Assembly: GCF_024521635.1 (NCBI RefSeq) | Contig: NW_026250417.1 | Span: 310,001 to 374,000 of the forward strand | Length of the DNA stretch: 64,000 nucleotides | Source of the DNA: Tricharina praecox | Lineage: Eukaryota | Direction: 5' to 3' | Shown here: positions 49,939-62,710 of the stretch, one piece after another | How positions within the stretch are numbered: position 1 is the first letter of the stretch | Layout: each line of letters starts with the position of its first letter | Notes under the pieces: generated by a model | What the model saw: the letters and a program-made list of their open reading frames with translations, nothing else | The model's database searches: none | What the model was told of the DNA's origin: nothing | Program-made: the position numbers and the translations under genes

Positions 49939-51450
49939 TGTGAGAAGCTTTGCGTAGCTCGGGCGTGCGTGAATGTGGGTACCGCCGGCCGGGAATGAAT
50001 CGTCGGGTGGAGATGGAAGGGAGGTGGGTGAGCAGGTGTTGTGCGTCTAGTGAGTGGCGACACGCAGCGTTCTCCTTCGTCCAAAAGTTTGCGATGTGAT
50101 GTCAGGCACAGACCATGTCCATCACCACCACCACCCTCTGATGCGATCGAATCTCAAATTGATTGAAACGTGGCGAATCCCCAGAGTCCTGTCATCTGTC
50201 TGTCTGACAATGCAGGCACCGCTCTCTATGCCGCAGCAGTGCGCATTTTGTTGCATTACTCTCCTTCGTGCCGGTCGTGTGGGCTTGTTCGTTGCCCCTC
50301 CATGGAAGAAGCAGAAGCGAACGAATCTCCAGTCAGCCATCGCAGTCAAATGCTGCCCATTAGAGCGATCCCACCCTCGGTCTCAACCGTAGCAAAACAC
50401 TACTCCATACACGACGGCGGACCTCTCCACGGCCCGCACGCATCATCAATCATCGCCACCGGATATCTCTGGCCGAACAAGTTCTTGAGTCTACCAGGTC
50501 CACGCTGTACCCGTGCCGTGCTGTGCCGTGCCGTACCGCACTCGACTGCACTGCGCTCAAGTACTGGTACATGCCTCGCTCACACCGTCATCTCATTGGC
50601 CTCGCAACACTCCGTACGACCCAATTGACCCGCCTTTTGACGCCTTAACGACCGCCGCCAACACCCGCCGTCACCTCTGTCGTCGCTGTAATAGCAGGAC
50701 CGAGCCCCACACCAATACGGATACAGCCGCAGCACGAGACAATCTCCAGACTGCTCGGAAAACACGAGTGGCAGCGCTCCTACAAACGCTCTATTACACA
50801 TCCACTCCGTCCTGTACCATCACGATCGTCATAGTACCTGGCCATACACGACTTCCTTGCGCACCTGAATTGTACTATACGCTTGCTGGGAGGGAGAAGA
50901 AGAAAGAAGCGCAAAAGGGAAAAGAGAGCGAGAGAGAAACAGTGAGAGAGCGGCAAACCAGTATCACCTCAACTCACTCATTCACACCACCCAGCCGAGC
51001 GGGAAACAAGAAAGAAAGAACGACTGTGGTCGTCACTTCTCCACTCCCTCAGGGTTTCTTCTCTCTTTTCTTCTCTTCTTCCTTTCTCGTTCTCTTCGAC
51101 AACCAAACTCTCTCCTCTTTCGGTTCGTCCATCAGACAAGACAACTACCCCAAACTAATTTAGAGTACTCTACCTTCTCCCCGCCACCGCTCTCTCAGCC
51201 GTCAACCCAAAATCTACTTGCCTGTCCCTCGTCATCGGCTATTGGTCCCCTTGCATAATTCCTCCGCCGTCATCGACACTTACACCTCTCCACTCCCCGT
51301 TGCTGCTTGCTTACTCACACGACATCAACTGGCGACACCTGCTCCCCTCCCCCGCCCAATCTGCAACTATCCCACTCGCTAGACGCCCAGTCGCGACCAG
51401 AGTCACGCAATCACACGACCTGCATACACGCACCTAGAGAACTGCTCTTC

Positions 51451-53377
51451 ATGGCTGCTCTTGCGGATCCTGCTTCGACTCAGCGTGGAGGGTCTAAGGG
51501 CCCCTCCGGAGGTACCTCGACCGGGACCGTTGGCGATGGAGAAACGGCTGGGGAACCCGGTGGTGTCCAGGATCCACTGACGTCGAACACCGCGCCTCCT
51601 GCTCCGACAAACGCTGCGGCTCCTGTGGCTCCTGCTCCCGCTCCTACAACTCTCACACCCAAGAAGGCGGCCGCCCCTGTCGCCACTGCGAATGGAAAGG
51701 CTGCCAAGAAACCGTTGGATCCATCTGAGGTGAGAGCTGGAACGCTGGAGGGAAACAAGACAGTTTGGTGTCTTCGAACGGAACTTACCCTGTTGTCGGG
51801 GTTGGAGAACGGCTGAAATGGGCTGACTGGTTGCTCCGGCGTAGGTCAACAATCTACTCCACCAAAAGATTTCGCAACTGGAAACCGACGCCTCGTTGGA
51901 GGAAGAGGAAGAGAAGGCTATCTGTGGGTTGATACTGCTCTCCCCGCCAGATGGCGCTATGTCTCACTGACGTTCTTCGCAATATAGCCCGTGCTGTCCG
52001 AAAGGCCAACAAGGAACTCGCTGAACTCGTCTCCTCCCGCGAAGATCATCTGGCCAAGGTTGATGCTATCCAGACCAAGTACAGCGAGCTCCTGCACGAC
52101 ATGAAGCGCCTGGAGCGAGATCACGCCAAGTCTAGAAAGCGGGCGGACCAACTGCAAAAGGAAAAGGACCAATCGAGGTCGGAGATGCAGAAAGCCGTCA
52201 GTATGAAGCACAAGCTGGAAACGTTGTGTAGGGAGCTACAGAAGGAAAACAAGCGCATCAAGGTATATAGTGGATGGGGTTCACCGGAGACGGATATCAT
52301 ACACGAGGGCTTACGGGTGGGTAGGACGAGAGCAAGAAACTCGCACAGAATGAGCAGCAGAAGAGGGAGGAGCTCTCGGAAAAGTTTGAAAGTACGATTT
52401 GGGAAATCAAGAGCCGAATGGAGGAAGAGGAAGATGGCGGAAGCCGCAGGTCCAACCTGGAGCTCGACGAACTGTATGTTTGCCTCCATCCAATCGCCGA
52501 TGTGCACAGCGGGACAAGGATGATTGTTGATGTTTAGGGCAATAGATTCAAGGCGAAGTTTAAAAGTTTCGTCGACCAATTCGAGATTCGCGAGCTCCAC
52601 TTCCAATCGGTCCTTCGCACCAAAGAGCTGGAAGTCCAGTGGAACCTGGCACGCTACGAACAGCAGCGCAAGCAGGCCGAAATTGAGGCAAACCGTGCCA
52701 AAGCTTTGCATGCTCAGGTGTCGACGTTTTCGCAGACGGAGACCGAGCTCAGGTCCCAGCTCAACATATACGTCGAGAAGTTCAAGCAAGTACGACTATC
52801 ACGATGTGAACCCGGTGCTTCTTAGGGGGTTTATAATAACAAGAACGGCGCACAGGTAGAAGATACTCTCAACAACTCGAACGATCTGTTTCTCACCTTT
52901 AGAAAAGAGATGGAAGAGATGTCTAAGAAGACTAAGAGACTCGAAAAGGAAAATCTTACACTCTCGCGTAAGTCGGAGATCACGAATCGGAACCTTTTGG
53001 AGATGGCTGAGGAACGCACTCGCCACCAGAAAGAGCTCGAGAACTTGAAGAAGAAAAACCTCAAGCTGGAGAGTATCTGCCGCGCCCTGCAGAAGGAGCG
53101 CAACAGTCTAGAGAACCGTCTGCGCGCCGAGGGCGAGGAGATGCTCGAAGACGACGAGGGCGACTCGGATTACGAGGAAGATTCAGAGGAGCTGGAGGAA
53201 GGATCAGAGGAGGGCAGCGAGGACGAAGAGGAGGAGGCGGACGAGGATACCGAGGAAGAAGAGAATCTGGCTGCTATGGCTGAGCTGCGGGATCTCGGGA
53301 AGAATGGTGTTCCGACAGCCAAGCCGGTCCTACAGAACGGCAATTCAGCTCCTGTCGCTGCTTCCCATCATTCTTAG
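51451..53377 (+). CDS. Taxilin family coiled-coil protein
   Basis: KLETLCRELQKENKRIK, FEIRELHF, LRSQLNIYVEKFKQVEDTLNNSNDLFLTFRKEMEEMSKKTKRLEKEN, KLESICRALQ; acidic tail; multiple introns. Confidence 0.88.
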
Positions 53378-55389
53378 TATCCGGGCTCCTTCGAAAAAGC
53401 TGCGGATCAAAAAGATAAAAGTTACCACATATCGCCATTTTACCGACCATTACATCCTCCTGTTGGATTCGAACGTTGATACGCCTGAAGTCGTGTTGGG
53501 CTGTTTGTTTGCGTATCTGAGTACGATCTAGGTATTTTTCGTGATAGGGTTTCATCTTCTTTGCATCTTACTTAGTTCGCGTGTGTCTTCTAGTTGAGCC
53601 CTGCTGCTGCTGCTGCAGTAGACATTGGAGCTTTGGACTTGACTTGGGCGGTGCAATTGTGGTTTGGGGTCTGGGTTTGAGTTTGAGTTTGGTGGGATAC
53701 TTTATGCTTTCCACGCGCGCTCACTATTCTTTCGGGGCAGCACGTTGCCGGAAGAAAATGTAATTTTAGATGTATGCGCTTTTACTTACCATTTAGATGG
53801 GCCTGTCGCCGTCGGGGGTCGGAACATCTTGAATTGGAAGAGAGCGCACGGGATAATTGATGTTTGTATGAGTACGGATCGAGTGATGAGATGAGATATG
53901 AAGCTTTCATTCATATAGCAGCACTCGCGGCCTGCGCCGCCCTGCGTGACCGCGTGGTTGGTTGGCTCCGCCACTCGAGTGACTACTAGGTATACCGTCG
54001 ACGCGCCAATCGCGCGCGATCTCCGGCTGCGAGTGCTCGATTTGTCGCTTCCGAGTGATCATCCATCACGTGCGCGCGGTGGCTTCTTCTCGCCACTGTT
54101 TGTCACTCACTCTGTGTGTGGCACTCCGGCTTTGCCTTGCCCCCTTTTGCACCGCCCGAGTGATAGCCACACCGCATACATGCGATAAGCAGCGACAAGT
54201 GCAGCCCCCATAACTAACCCTTGCATGTTCGTGTGAAGCCGTCGCGGAGATGCCGGAGTCGTGCATGCGTGTCGTGGGAAATAAAAGTACGTACTGCCCG
54301 TACTGCCCCTCGTGCACGTGGTACGCTACGCATAAGAGAACAGCCGGCTTAGTTCAGTATGTAGCATACCTACAAACCCCTTCCCTTTCTATTCCATGCG
54401 CCGGGGGGAAAACGCCTTGCCTACCTAGGTGGGTAGGTATGTCGATATCGAACGTACGTTCGTTCGGAGGGGGAGGGAGGCAACGTCATCCACCATAATC
54501 CTATGCTTCCGCGTATGTAGACATGTAGGCATGTGCCACAACGTAACGATTTGCATCTATTTATCGTACTCTATCGCGGGGATCTGATCATGATCATCGG
54601 AGGGGTCGTTCATTCAGACTGCGCAGTGCGAGTACCTTGTTTGTATCTGCCTGCATTGCGGCCTATGTATAGATAGAGCTGCAGCTGAGTTGTGGGTGTG
54701 TACTGTCATGTGGAGTGCGTGGAGCTCGCTGCGCTCGCGGCGCGGGGTAGGACTGGGACTGAGACTGGGACTGAGGCTGGGGCTGAGACCGGGCTGGGGC
54801 TGGGGCTGGATATCTACCATCGATAAACGTGCTGAGCCCTTTGTCTTACAGCTGGGCAGCACACAGCAGAACTCGTCGTCTCGTCGAGCGAGCCACCAGT
54901 CAGTAACTAGTAGTGCACGCATTCCACCACCTCCTGCGCCAGTGTCGGAGGCTCCCCACTAGCGTCGGTTATCACCCCTGGCTACATAGGCGTGCGTACT
55001 GGGGGACCAATCCAAACTTGTTCTTTCCTTTCCAGCCCCCATTCCCACAATCGCATTTAACGCGCCCGGTTTCGTCCCTTCTTTTTTTTTCTCTTCTCTC
55101 GTCTCCTGTCTGTCCTATCCTCGCTCTCTCTCTCTCTTCGAATTTCTCGTTCCGGTGTTTTTTTTTGTGATCTTACCTACTACCCGCGGCAACGGTAAAA
55201 AAAGAAGTTTATCTGTCTTTCAAACCACCTGGCCAGCCAACTTTCGTTTATCCCCCCAAGCAAGCAAGCACTCGCTCATCCTCGCTGCTCTCACCACCTC
55301 GCCTCGCCTTTACCTCCCACCTCCCACCACCACCGCCACCACCACCTCCTCCTACTCCTCCCACCACCACAAGCACAACTACCAGCACG

Positions 55390-55735
55390 ATGGCATCCCC
55401 AACATCCCCATCCTCGTCGCGTTTGTTCCTGTTCGCGCTGGTACTCCTGCTATCGCTGCTCTCGACACCAACATTCGCGCAGAACCTTACCACACCAACG
55501 GTGAACGGAACGAACGCGACGACGAACGCGACGGCGCCGTCGGCTACGCCCGCGCCCGGAGACCAGGATAGCGCTGGCACAACGATATCATCGAGTGTGG
55601 CCCTGTTTGGCGCTTTAGTTGCCGTACGTATACCCGGACCGTGCGCGAGAGGGAGGGGGGGATGCGCGACAGTGACGGTGGACAGTGGGCTAATTCAAAT
55701 TGATACTACTACAGGCGGCGTTATTTTCACTTTAA
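55390..55735 (+). CDS. Small (~84 aa) secreted, probably GPI-anchored glycoprotein
   Basis: Signal peptide; four N-x-T sequons; intron 55624-55714 (GTACGT..GCTAAT..CAG) gives hydrophobic end VALFGALVAAALFSL*. Confidence 0.7.
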
Positions 55736-58714
55736 GGAGCGAGGGAATGGAAAGCTGCGCGCGCACGACCCGACCCCGACCTGACCGATGAGGATGATTT
55801 ACGACCACCCCCCTCTGCCGCTCCCCGTTGCCGATGCCGATGCCGACTACTACCCCTCCAACTCTTCAACTTGCCCCCTTCACCCTTTACCTTCGCCTTT
55901 ACCTTCCACCTTTACCTTCCACCTACCTTCCACCTTTCTACCTTTTCACCTCCACCCGACGAGTGAGCGAGCGAAACTAGCGATCCATCCATCCCTTATC
56001 CATTTTAATACCGGTGTTCGTGTTGGTGTTTACGTTCGATTGTTCCTACTACCTACCTAGTGCTTGTCTGCGTTTACGTACGTTTGTACCGGAGTTTTTT
56101 GGTCCGCTATCTGTCTGTTTGTTCTTGGGTCGCCGCTTGGGCTGGTATTATTTTCCTGCAGAATTGCTACCACCACCACCATGTTCTAGAAATCGCGGGA
56201 TGATATGGGGAGAGTAGGAGCAGGAGAGGGAGGAGGAAGATTACGTTCATTGTATAGAGTTTACTGTAGACTTCTTTTAGTTATTTTAGGGAATTGTAAT
56301 TTGAAGGGAAGAGTTGATATGTTGTAGGTATCATTCATCATACTGCGGACTTCTGAGCGACTGAGTGGCGAGAGTGAATGTGAATGTGAATGTGAATGTG
56401 TGGGGCGGCGAGCGCCTCTTCGCTGTAGGTTTCGCCGAACTGAGATTGATAGCCACGACGCGGCGTGGGGTTAACTTGAGTGGTCGAGAACCATGGCTGC
56501 GGCAGGCAGGCAGGTGTGGTGTGGATGGTGTGGGTGTGGTGTGGATGGTGTGGGTGGGGTGTGGGGTGGAGTGGGATGGAGCGTGCAATGTGCACTGTGC
56601 AGTGGGCGATGTGCATGTCGTCTCGTCGATGCTTGCTTGCCTGCTTGCTTGGCGAGATAAAGATACCGGTATGTACGGCACATCGTGCGGTGTTGACTCG
56701 GCGAGTCGGCGCAGTCCAGTCCAGTAGTTGGCCAAGTAGGTAGAGTAGGTAGGATGTAGGTCGTCGGTTCATGCTGATCGATGCTTACATGTATGCTAAG
56801 CTCGAGGTTCTGCGCAGTGCGAGAGCTTCAGCTGTAGGTGAGTGCGGCTGAAACGTGTAGGCTTAGTACCGTATGTAGGCTATGTAAGCGTCCTGTTAGG
56901 TCGTTGTTGGGGGTTGCTTTTCGGTGCGTGTAGAGTGAGTGAGTGTCTGATCCCCAGCTGGGCAACCGGCCGGCAATCCGTTCTCGAGGAGCATGGCAGC
57001 GTATGCAGGTATCGCGAGAATGCTGGCAATATGTATTCCCGGAGAAGCCCGGGCCCTTCATGCGCGCGCACTCGGCACAGGCGAGATCACCGGAGAATTT
57101 AGTACAAGGACCGACTGCGCCGTGCGGGGACTGCAGTATGTATCATGGTAGAGTAGACACGCCTACCCAGCTACCCATGATTCCTGATGTATGACTCCTC
57201 ATACAAAGTAGGCAGTGATCCTCATAACACGGCGCTCGTCTCCGCATTGTCCCCCTCTTCGGTCTCGGGTCCGCAGGGCTTTGCTTTGCTTTGCTCTCCT
57301 GATTCTGCTGCTTCTCCTGCTTCTCCCGTCGTGTCTCCCACATCCATCCATCCATCCAAGCCTTGTCGTTCTAGAGCCGTGTTGTGCCGCTCAGCTGCGA
57401 ATCTGGGACAGTTGTACGTTACAAATTCGCCTTCGTCCGGCTGGGAGGGAGGGAGGGTGTCGCCCCGCACCGCACGCATGGGCACCACGTGGCCTCGGCC
57501 CCGGTTTCGGTACATGGAAGGTACATGGTAGGTACGTACCGTCGGATACCGGTAACCATCTAGCGGCCTGTGGCCTGGTATGTAGGCGGCTATATACATA
57601 CGGTGAACCCCCGTACGTGCATACGTAACTGCGGGCTGGCGGGCGGGCGGGTGGGCGCCCAGGCGGAGTTTGTTTCGTTTCATCGTTACCAGTACTCGTA
57701 TTCAACCTAGGTACGGTATCTGCATACCAAGATTACCGGTACAGTACGGTGCACTGTCCGGGCATATATTTACCTATCCCGTCTCTCTACCGTCTGACCG
57801 GCGTGCTGCGAGAAACAGGATGGGATGTGATGGGATGTGATGGGAAGTGATGGGATGTGATATGATGGGACAGGCGTGTTGCTGCGACCGACGCACCGGG
57901 TCTCGTGGCGCATAGCGCGGCTATAGTGTGTGGCTAGATCGCTTCATAAGTACGTACTCGTGCTTCCCGGGCCGCGTTGGGTTCCGGCCGGCGGCCCGGC
58001 AGAAGTGGTACTTACCGGTGCCGGGGTTTGGCTTTTAAACGTTATATTCCTACCTGTACTGACTGACTCGCTATTGGGTAGTGGCTTGCGAGAAGGAGCT
58101 TGCGAGAAGGAGCATATGACCCTTAGCTATCGCTGCAGTCAGTACTGTGCGAAGTAGGTATGTTTGCATGGAAATCATGGCAGAATTATGGCTTCTGGAG
58201 GCTGGCTCCTCCTTCGTAGCGAAATGTAAATATTACTTGTCTATGTGAGCAAGTCACCAATACCCAAGGGCTAAGGGAGCCATGTTCGGAACTTCGCCCG
58301 ATGCCAACTGCCCATGGAAACCCGAGTACATCGGTATTTATAGGGTGATCTAGCAGTGCCGTGACTGGTTAGTCCTCAAGTGCGAATACCGCTGGGGAAA
58401 GATCTCGCCCACGAACGAGAAGCTCAGGTGGAAGCTGCCGGTCATATTTCTATTAGAGAGGTGTCGCAGGGTATCGTTCGTACACTTGGGCGTCAGAGCG
58501 AGGATGCTTATGCAGGAGGATGCAAAGAGGCTTGCGCGGGACGTCCATGGAGATCTCGGTGCGTCCACAACGAAAATGCATGACGGTGGCGGAAGAAGCC
58601 AGATTGATGACGTAGTATGTTTGTTCATGCATGATGGTTAGAGAAGCTGGCTGTCGACGGGTGGCTGTAGCCGTGGAGGCGGCGCGGAAGAATGCCGCAG
58701 CTGGCAATGCGGGT

Positions 58715-59099
58715 GGAGGGCAGACATCGAGGGCAGACATCGAGGTAGACATCGAAGGTAGACATCGATGGTGGAGGGTAGACATCGAGGGTGGGAGGTA
58801 GACATCAAGGGTAGACATCGAGAGCAGATGTCCAGAGTAGACATTGAGAGCAGACATTGAGGGTAGACAACGAGAGTACACATCGAGGGTGGAGAGTAGA
58901 CATCAAGGGTAGACGTCGAGAGTAGACATCGAGAGACATCGAGAGACATCGAGGGTCGAGGGTAGACATCGAGGGTAGAAGGTAGACGTCGAGAGTAGAC
59001 ATCGACGGTCAAGGGTAGACGTCGAGAGTAGACATCGACGGTCGAGGGTAGACATCGGGGGTGGAAGGTAGCCATTGAGGGTGGAGGGTAGACATCGAG
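58715..59099. repeat. Imperfect minisatellite, core GAG(G/A)GTAGAC(A/G)TC
   Basis: About 25 variably spaced copies of an AGACATC-type core over ~385 bp. Confidence 0.9.
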
Positions 59100-59480
59100 A
59101 CACTGCCTAGATGTGGAAGGGAGCTCTTGTTAATGCTTCGACGAATGTTTGCTACGTGTGATGCGGCTCCTCTCCCCCACATTTTCCGATGCTTCGTATT
59201 GCACTTGGAACACCTTATCTTTGCATGAATGATCGATCCGGCCATGCATGTCAGTGCTCCAACGATCTGGTATGCAATTCTAGCATTGAACCGTGTGTCC
59301 CATCTAGTGGGCAGGGGGTGAGGGTGGGTGAGAATGAACAAAGGAAGCTCCTAGAGACACGTCTTCGGAGCTGGTCAACACCAAAGAGCACCTCATGGGC
59401 TCTTCCGCCCGCTGGGCTTGGAGCAAACCTCGACGTTGAAGACCGTATGCACGAAGCCAATCGGGGAATTCCAAAATCTG

Positions 59481-59486
59481 TATAAA
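59481..59486 (+). promoter_or_regulatory. Putative TATA box of the small secreted protein gene
   Basis: TATAAA ~156 bp upstream of ATG 59637, followed by a pyrimidine-rich leader. Confidence 0.5.
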
Positions 59487-59636
59487 CCCCCCAGAGTTCC
59501 CCCCTCCGCGACCACTTCTACATTATCTCCCAACAACCATCCATCAAACTTCTCGATCGAATTTCATCCTCCTTTCTCAATCCCCCATCCAAACCTCATC
59601 AGTTCTCCATCCAAATCTCATCAAGCCTCATTCACA

Positions 59637-60051
59637 ATGCAGTCCTCCATCCTCGGCAACATTTGTCTTCTCCTCCTCCTCCCTCTTCTCCTCGTCGCCC
59701 AGGCCGCTTCGGTCCTCTACTGCCGCGAGCAGGGAGGAGTCAACTGCAAGTTCTACGCTGGTGCCAACCAGTGCTTCAACCTCGACAGTGCCTGGGACAA
59801 CAAGATCAGTAGCGTCAAGCAGAACGGCGGTTGCTGTGCCTTCTACAGCCACGGAGGTTGCCACGACCGCCTCTTCATCGCCAACCCAGGCCAAATCTTC
59901 ATGACCCTCCCGGCTAAGTGGAACGACCAGGCTTCCAGCATCAAGTGCACCGATGACTTGAAGAATTGCGGAAGTAAGTTGACTACCTAATCTGAGGGAG
60001 GGAGAAGAGGCCGGGGAAGTGAAAGCTAACAATGGGTGTGTAGAGCTTTAG
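59637..60051 (+). CDS. Small secreted cysteine-rich protein, beta/gamma-crystallin-like
   Basis: CACAATG start context; signal peptide; two repeats WDNKISSVK / WNDQASSIK; 8 Cys in the mature part; probable intron 59974-60043 giving KNCGKL* (unspliced stop at 59990). Confidence 0.8.
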
Positions 60052-61201
60052 GCCTGCGGAGTCTAAAGTGGAGTTGGGATGCGTGAAATGGAGGAGAATT
60101 GTTCGTATGCTTTGATTTGACTGTTGCTTTGACTGGACTCAATTGGGTTCGATATGATTGATGATTGCGGATTCACTTGATTGCGGAATTTGAAAATAAA
60201 GCATTTTCCCTCTACTGATAGAGCCACGAGTGATCAATCGCCGCACCCTCCGTTTCTCTTCCACCCTCGCAGTTTTCGTAGTCTTCTACGCTCAAGCAAT
60301 CCGAGTATGCGGAAGTAGAGAAGGATCTCATGCAACCTGCCTTCATCATCATCCCCTAGTGAGAGTACACCTCACCGTTACGGGACGGATGAGGGATTGA
60401 AGAGGGTCGAGAAGAAGCACAAAGGCAAAGGGAAGGATAAGAAGCGGAAGAATCAAAAAGAGGGGAGCGTCCCGTCCCGTGCGGATGGAACCCGGGTCAG
60501 AGACGTCTATATGACTGTCATCATCGGTGGAAACACGGACTCCCGGCCTCACAAGGGACGTAACCTCAATATCTTCGGTACCTAGTTCACAGTAGAGTCC
60601 CGTAAGGCCACTTTTTCCGAACCATGTGAGGAATCCCACATTTGCCACTGCTGCAGTGATGGCAGTTCAGAACTAATTGTGGGAGGCTCCTAGTTCTGTA
60701 GTGCTTCATGGCGGGCCAAGGTCGAAGACGGCGATAAATCGTAGAGGATGAGGAAGCAGGAGAACAGAGACGAGATGGTGGCAATAGTGGCGGTCTGGTA
60801 GTTTCATCCCCCACCATAGTAGGGCGATTCATCGTTCACGGTATACTGTATTACTCAAGGGGCCAAAGTACAAGACCTGAAAACAGCTATATTCCCGAGC
60901 CAGCCGCTCGATCATCATTCCCTACTACTCATACCCGCTATAACACATCAAGCAATACAATTCAAAGTAGAGAGCCCTTCCACCCCCCCCCCCCCCCCCC
61001 CCCCCACCTCCTGGGCGGCCAATCGTGACATTTCTCCATCGATTCATATGAACCACCAACATCAACCGTCTTCTCATCTTTTCTCAACATGAAATTCTCG
61101 AACGATCTCTTGCGTTCCCTTATAGCCGGTGATCTCTAAGTTCGCCTCAAAAACCTTCTGCACCATGTCATCGTATGTACAAAGCGATAAAAGCATTTTC
61201 C

Positions 61202-62710
61202 TTATGCATAAACATAGAGGCTGGCGCCGGCCACTTCTCTCTCCCACGCCCCGAAGATTAGCGAAGCCATCTTCAAGCTCGGTCTTTTCACGGGATCATG
61301 ATCGACCATCTCAATGAGGGTGCTCCACAACTCCCACGGAACTTCACCTGGAGGGCAGCAAGGATCTATCTCGCTACGGAGGAGGGACTTCTTCCTTCTG
61401 CAGAGCCCGATACCAATCAGGCCCAGGGAATAAACCATCATTTTTTCCCAATCTTTCGGAGACATGTTGATCCAAGGGGGACAGTATCCATACGGCGGAT
61501 TGCTGTACCGGTGTTTGGACGTATTGTTGCGGTTCGCGGGATTCGTAAACGATAGCTGCCAGTAAGCCGGACAGTTGTTTAGATGTGCAAGTGCGGCGAC
61601 AGGGGGAGTGGAAACCATCGGGGAAAAGTGTGTCACTCTGGTCCGGGGCTGGTATATATCGTCGTCTTCGTCCAGGAGATGTCTGTAGAGTTCGGGGACC
61701 ATACCGAGTTTTAGGCACTCGCAGCAACAGGGTACAAACCCCGTTTCATAGGGGATTGTCGGGTTCAGGACCTCCCCCGGAGAGTAAGATTTCCAGTTAC
61801 CGGTGGATTCGAAATCCATTAGAACCACATCTTCGCCCAGCCAGGGGCTCGTGATCAAGACGTTGTTGGGCTTCAAATCGGAGTAGAACCCGGGACGATT
61901 CGGTCCGTTCCCATGGTGGAGGATGTGAAGGAGTGCGTTCGTCAATTGTCGACACCATTTCGCCAGCAGGTTGATGGAGATGCATGACTGACGCCCCGGA
62001 AACACTTCCGATAGTGGCTGGCCTGATATAACCGGTGTTAGGAACCCGACGATTGGAATTCGCTCCTCAGAATCACATATCCGTCCGGCAGTATCCCACA
62101 TCGGTACCTCTCCGTCAGTCGAGTAAACGAGTGCCGCTGGCGGTCTGATGATGTTCGGATGAGGCGGCATGCACAGCAGCTGACGGAGCTCGTGGTACAT
62201 TAGCTTCCATCCTGTGATGGAACACTCGATCGACTTGAAAACGTGGGGCGGGGAGTGGAACTTCTCGGGGCCGCAAGCTTGGGTACGCACGACCAGCACC
62301 TTTGCACTGTCATCGCTAACTTGGAGGTAGTGGGGCGTTATCCTGAGGGCCACTAGTGGGATCATAGAAATGGATTCGATAGGCGTATGAAGCCGGAAGT
62401 GCAAGCTGTCCTGGCTCCAGAGGTTCTTCAATTGTTGCAGGGAGAGGATAAACGTCCTCTGCCGAATGTCGTAGACATCTGATTGGAAACCCGGATTGAG
62501 TGTTGGAAAATAGACAGAGTCGAGCAATTCCTCCTCCAGACAGAGTCTGCATTCTGACGGTTCGGCATCATTTCCAATCGCCTCTTGGGACACAAATGGG
62601 GGTTCCCACGCCGACGCCGACATGGCCGTTGTGTCGTCCATCCAAATCGCCTCTTGGGGCACAAATGGGGATTCCCACGCCGACGCCCACATATCCGTTG
62701 TGTCGTCCAT
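61202..62710 (-). CDS. Atypical protein-kinase-like protein, intronless
   Basis: HVFKS (Lys), YHELRQL (Glu), HPNII, YSDLKPNNVLI catalytic loop, LMDFE, VYSLG, DPVKRPSL; first ATG at 62710. Confidence 0.75.
   Translation of the reverse strand: MDDTTDMWASAWESPFVPQEAIWMDDTTAMSASAWEPPFVSQEAIGNDAEPSECRLCLEEELLDSVYFPTLNPGFQSDVYDIRQRTFILSLQQLKNLWSQDSLHFRLHTPIESISMIPLVALRITPHYLQVSDDSAKVLVVRTQACGPEKFHSPPHVFKSIECSITGWKLMYHELRQLLCMPPHPNIIRPPAALVYSTDGEVPMWDTAGRICDSEERIPIVGFLTPVISGQPLSEVFPGRQSCISINLLAKWCRQLTNALLHILHHGNGPNRPGFYSDLKPNNVLITSPWLGEDVVLMDFESTGNWKSYSPGEVLNPTIPYETGFVPCCCECLKLGMVPELYRHLLDEDDDIYQPRTRVTHFSPMVSTPPVAALAHLNNCPAYWQLSFTNPANRNNTSKHRYSNPPYGYCPPWINMSPKDWEKMMVYSLGLIGIGLCRRKKSLLRSEIDPCCPPGEVPWELWSTLIEMVDHDPVKRPSLKMASLIFGAWEREVAGASLYVYA

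Noticed and set aside
58715..59099. Repeat array superficially like CRISPR or a repetitive MSTLDVY protein
   Set aside because: Eukaryotic context, no unique spacers, no cas genes; the ORFs arise from stop-free repeats.
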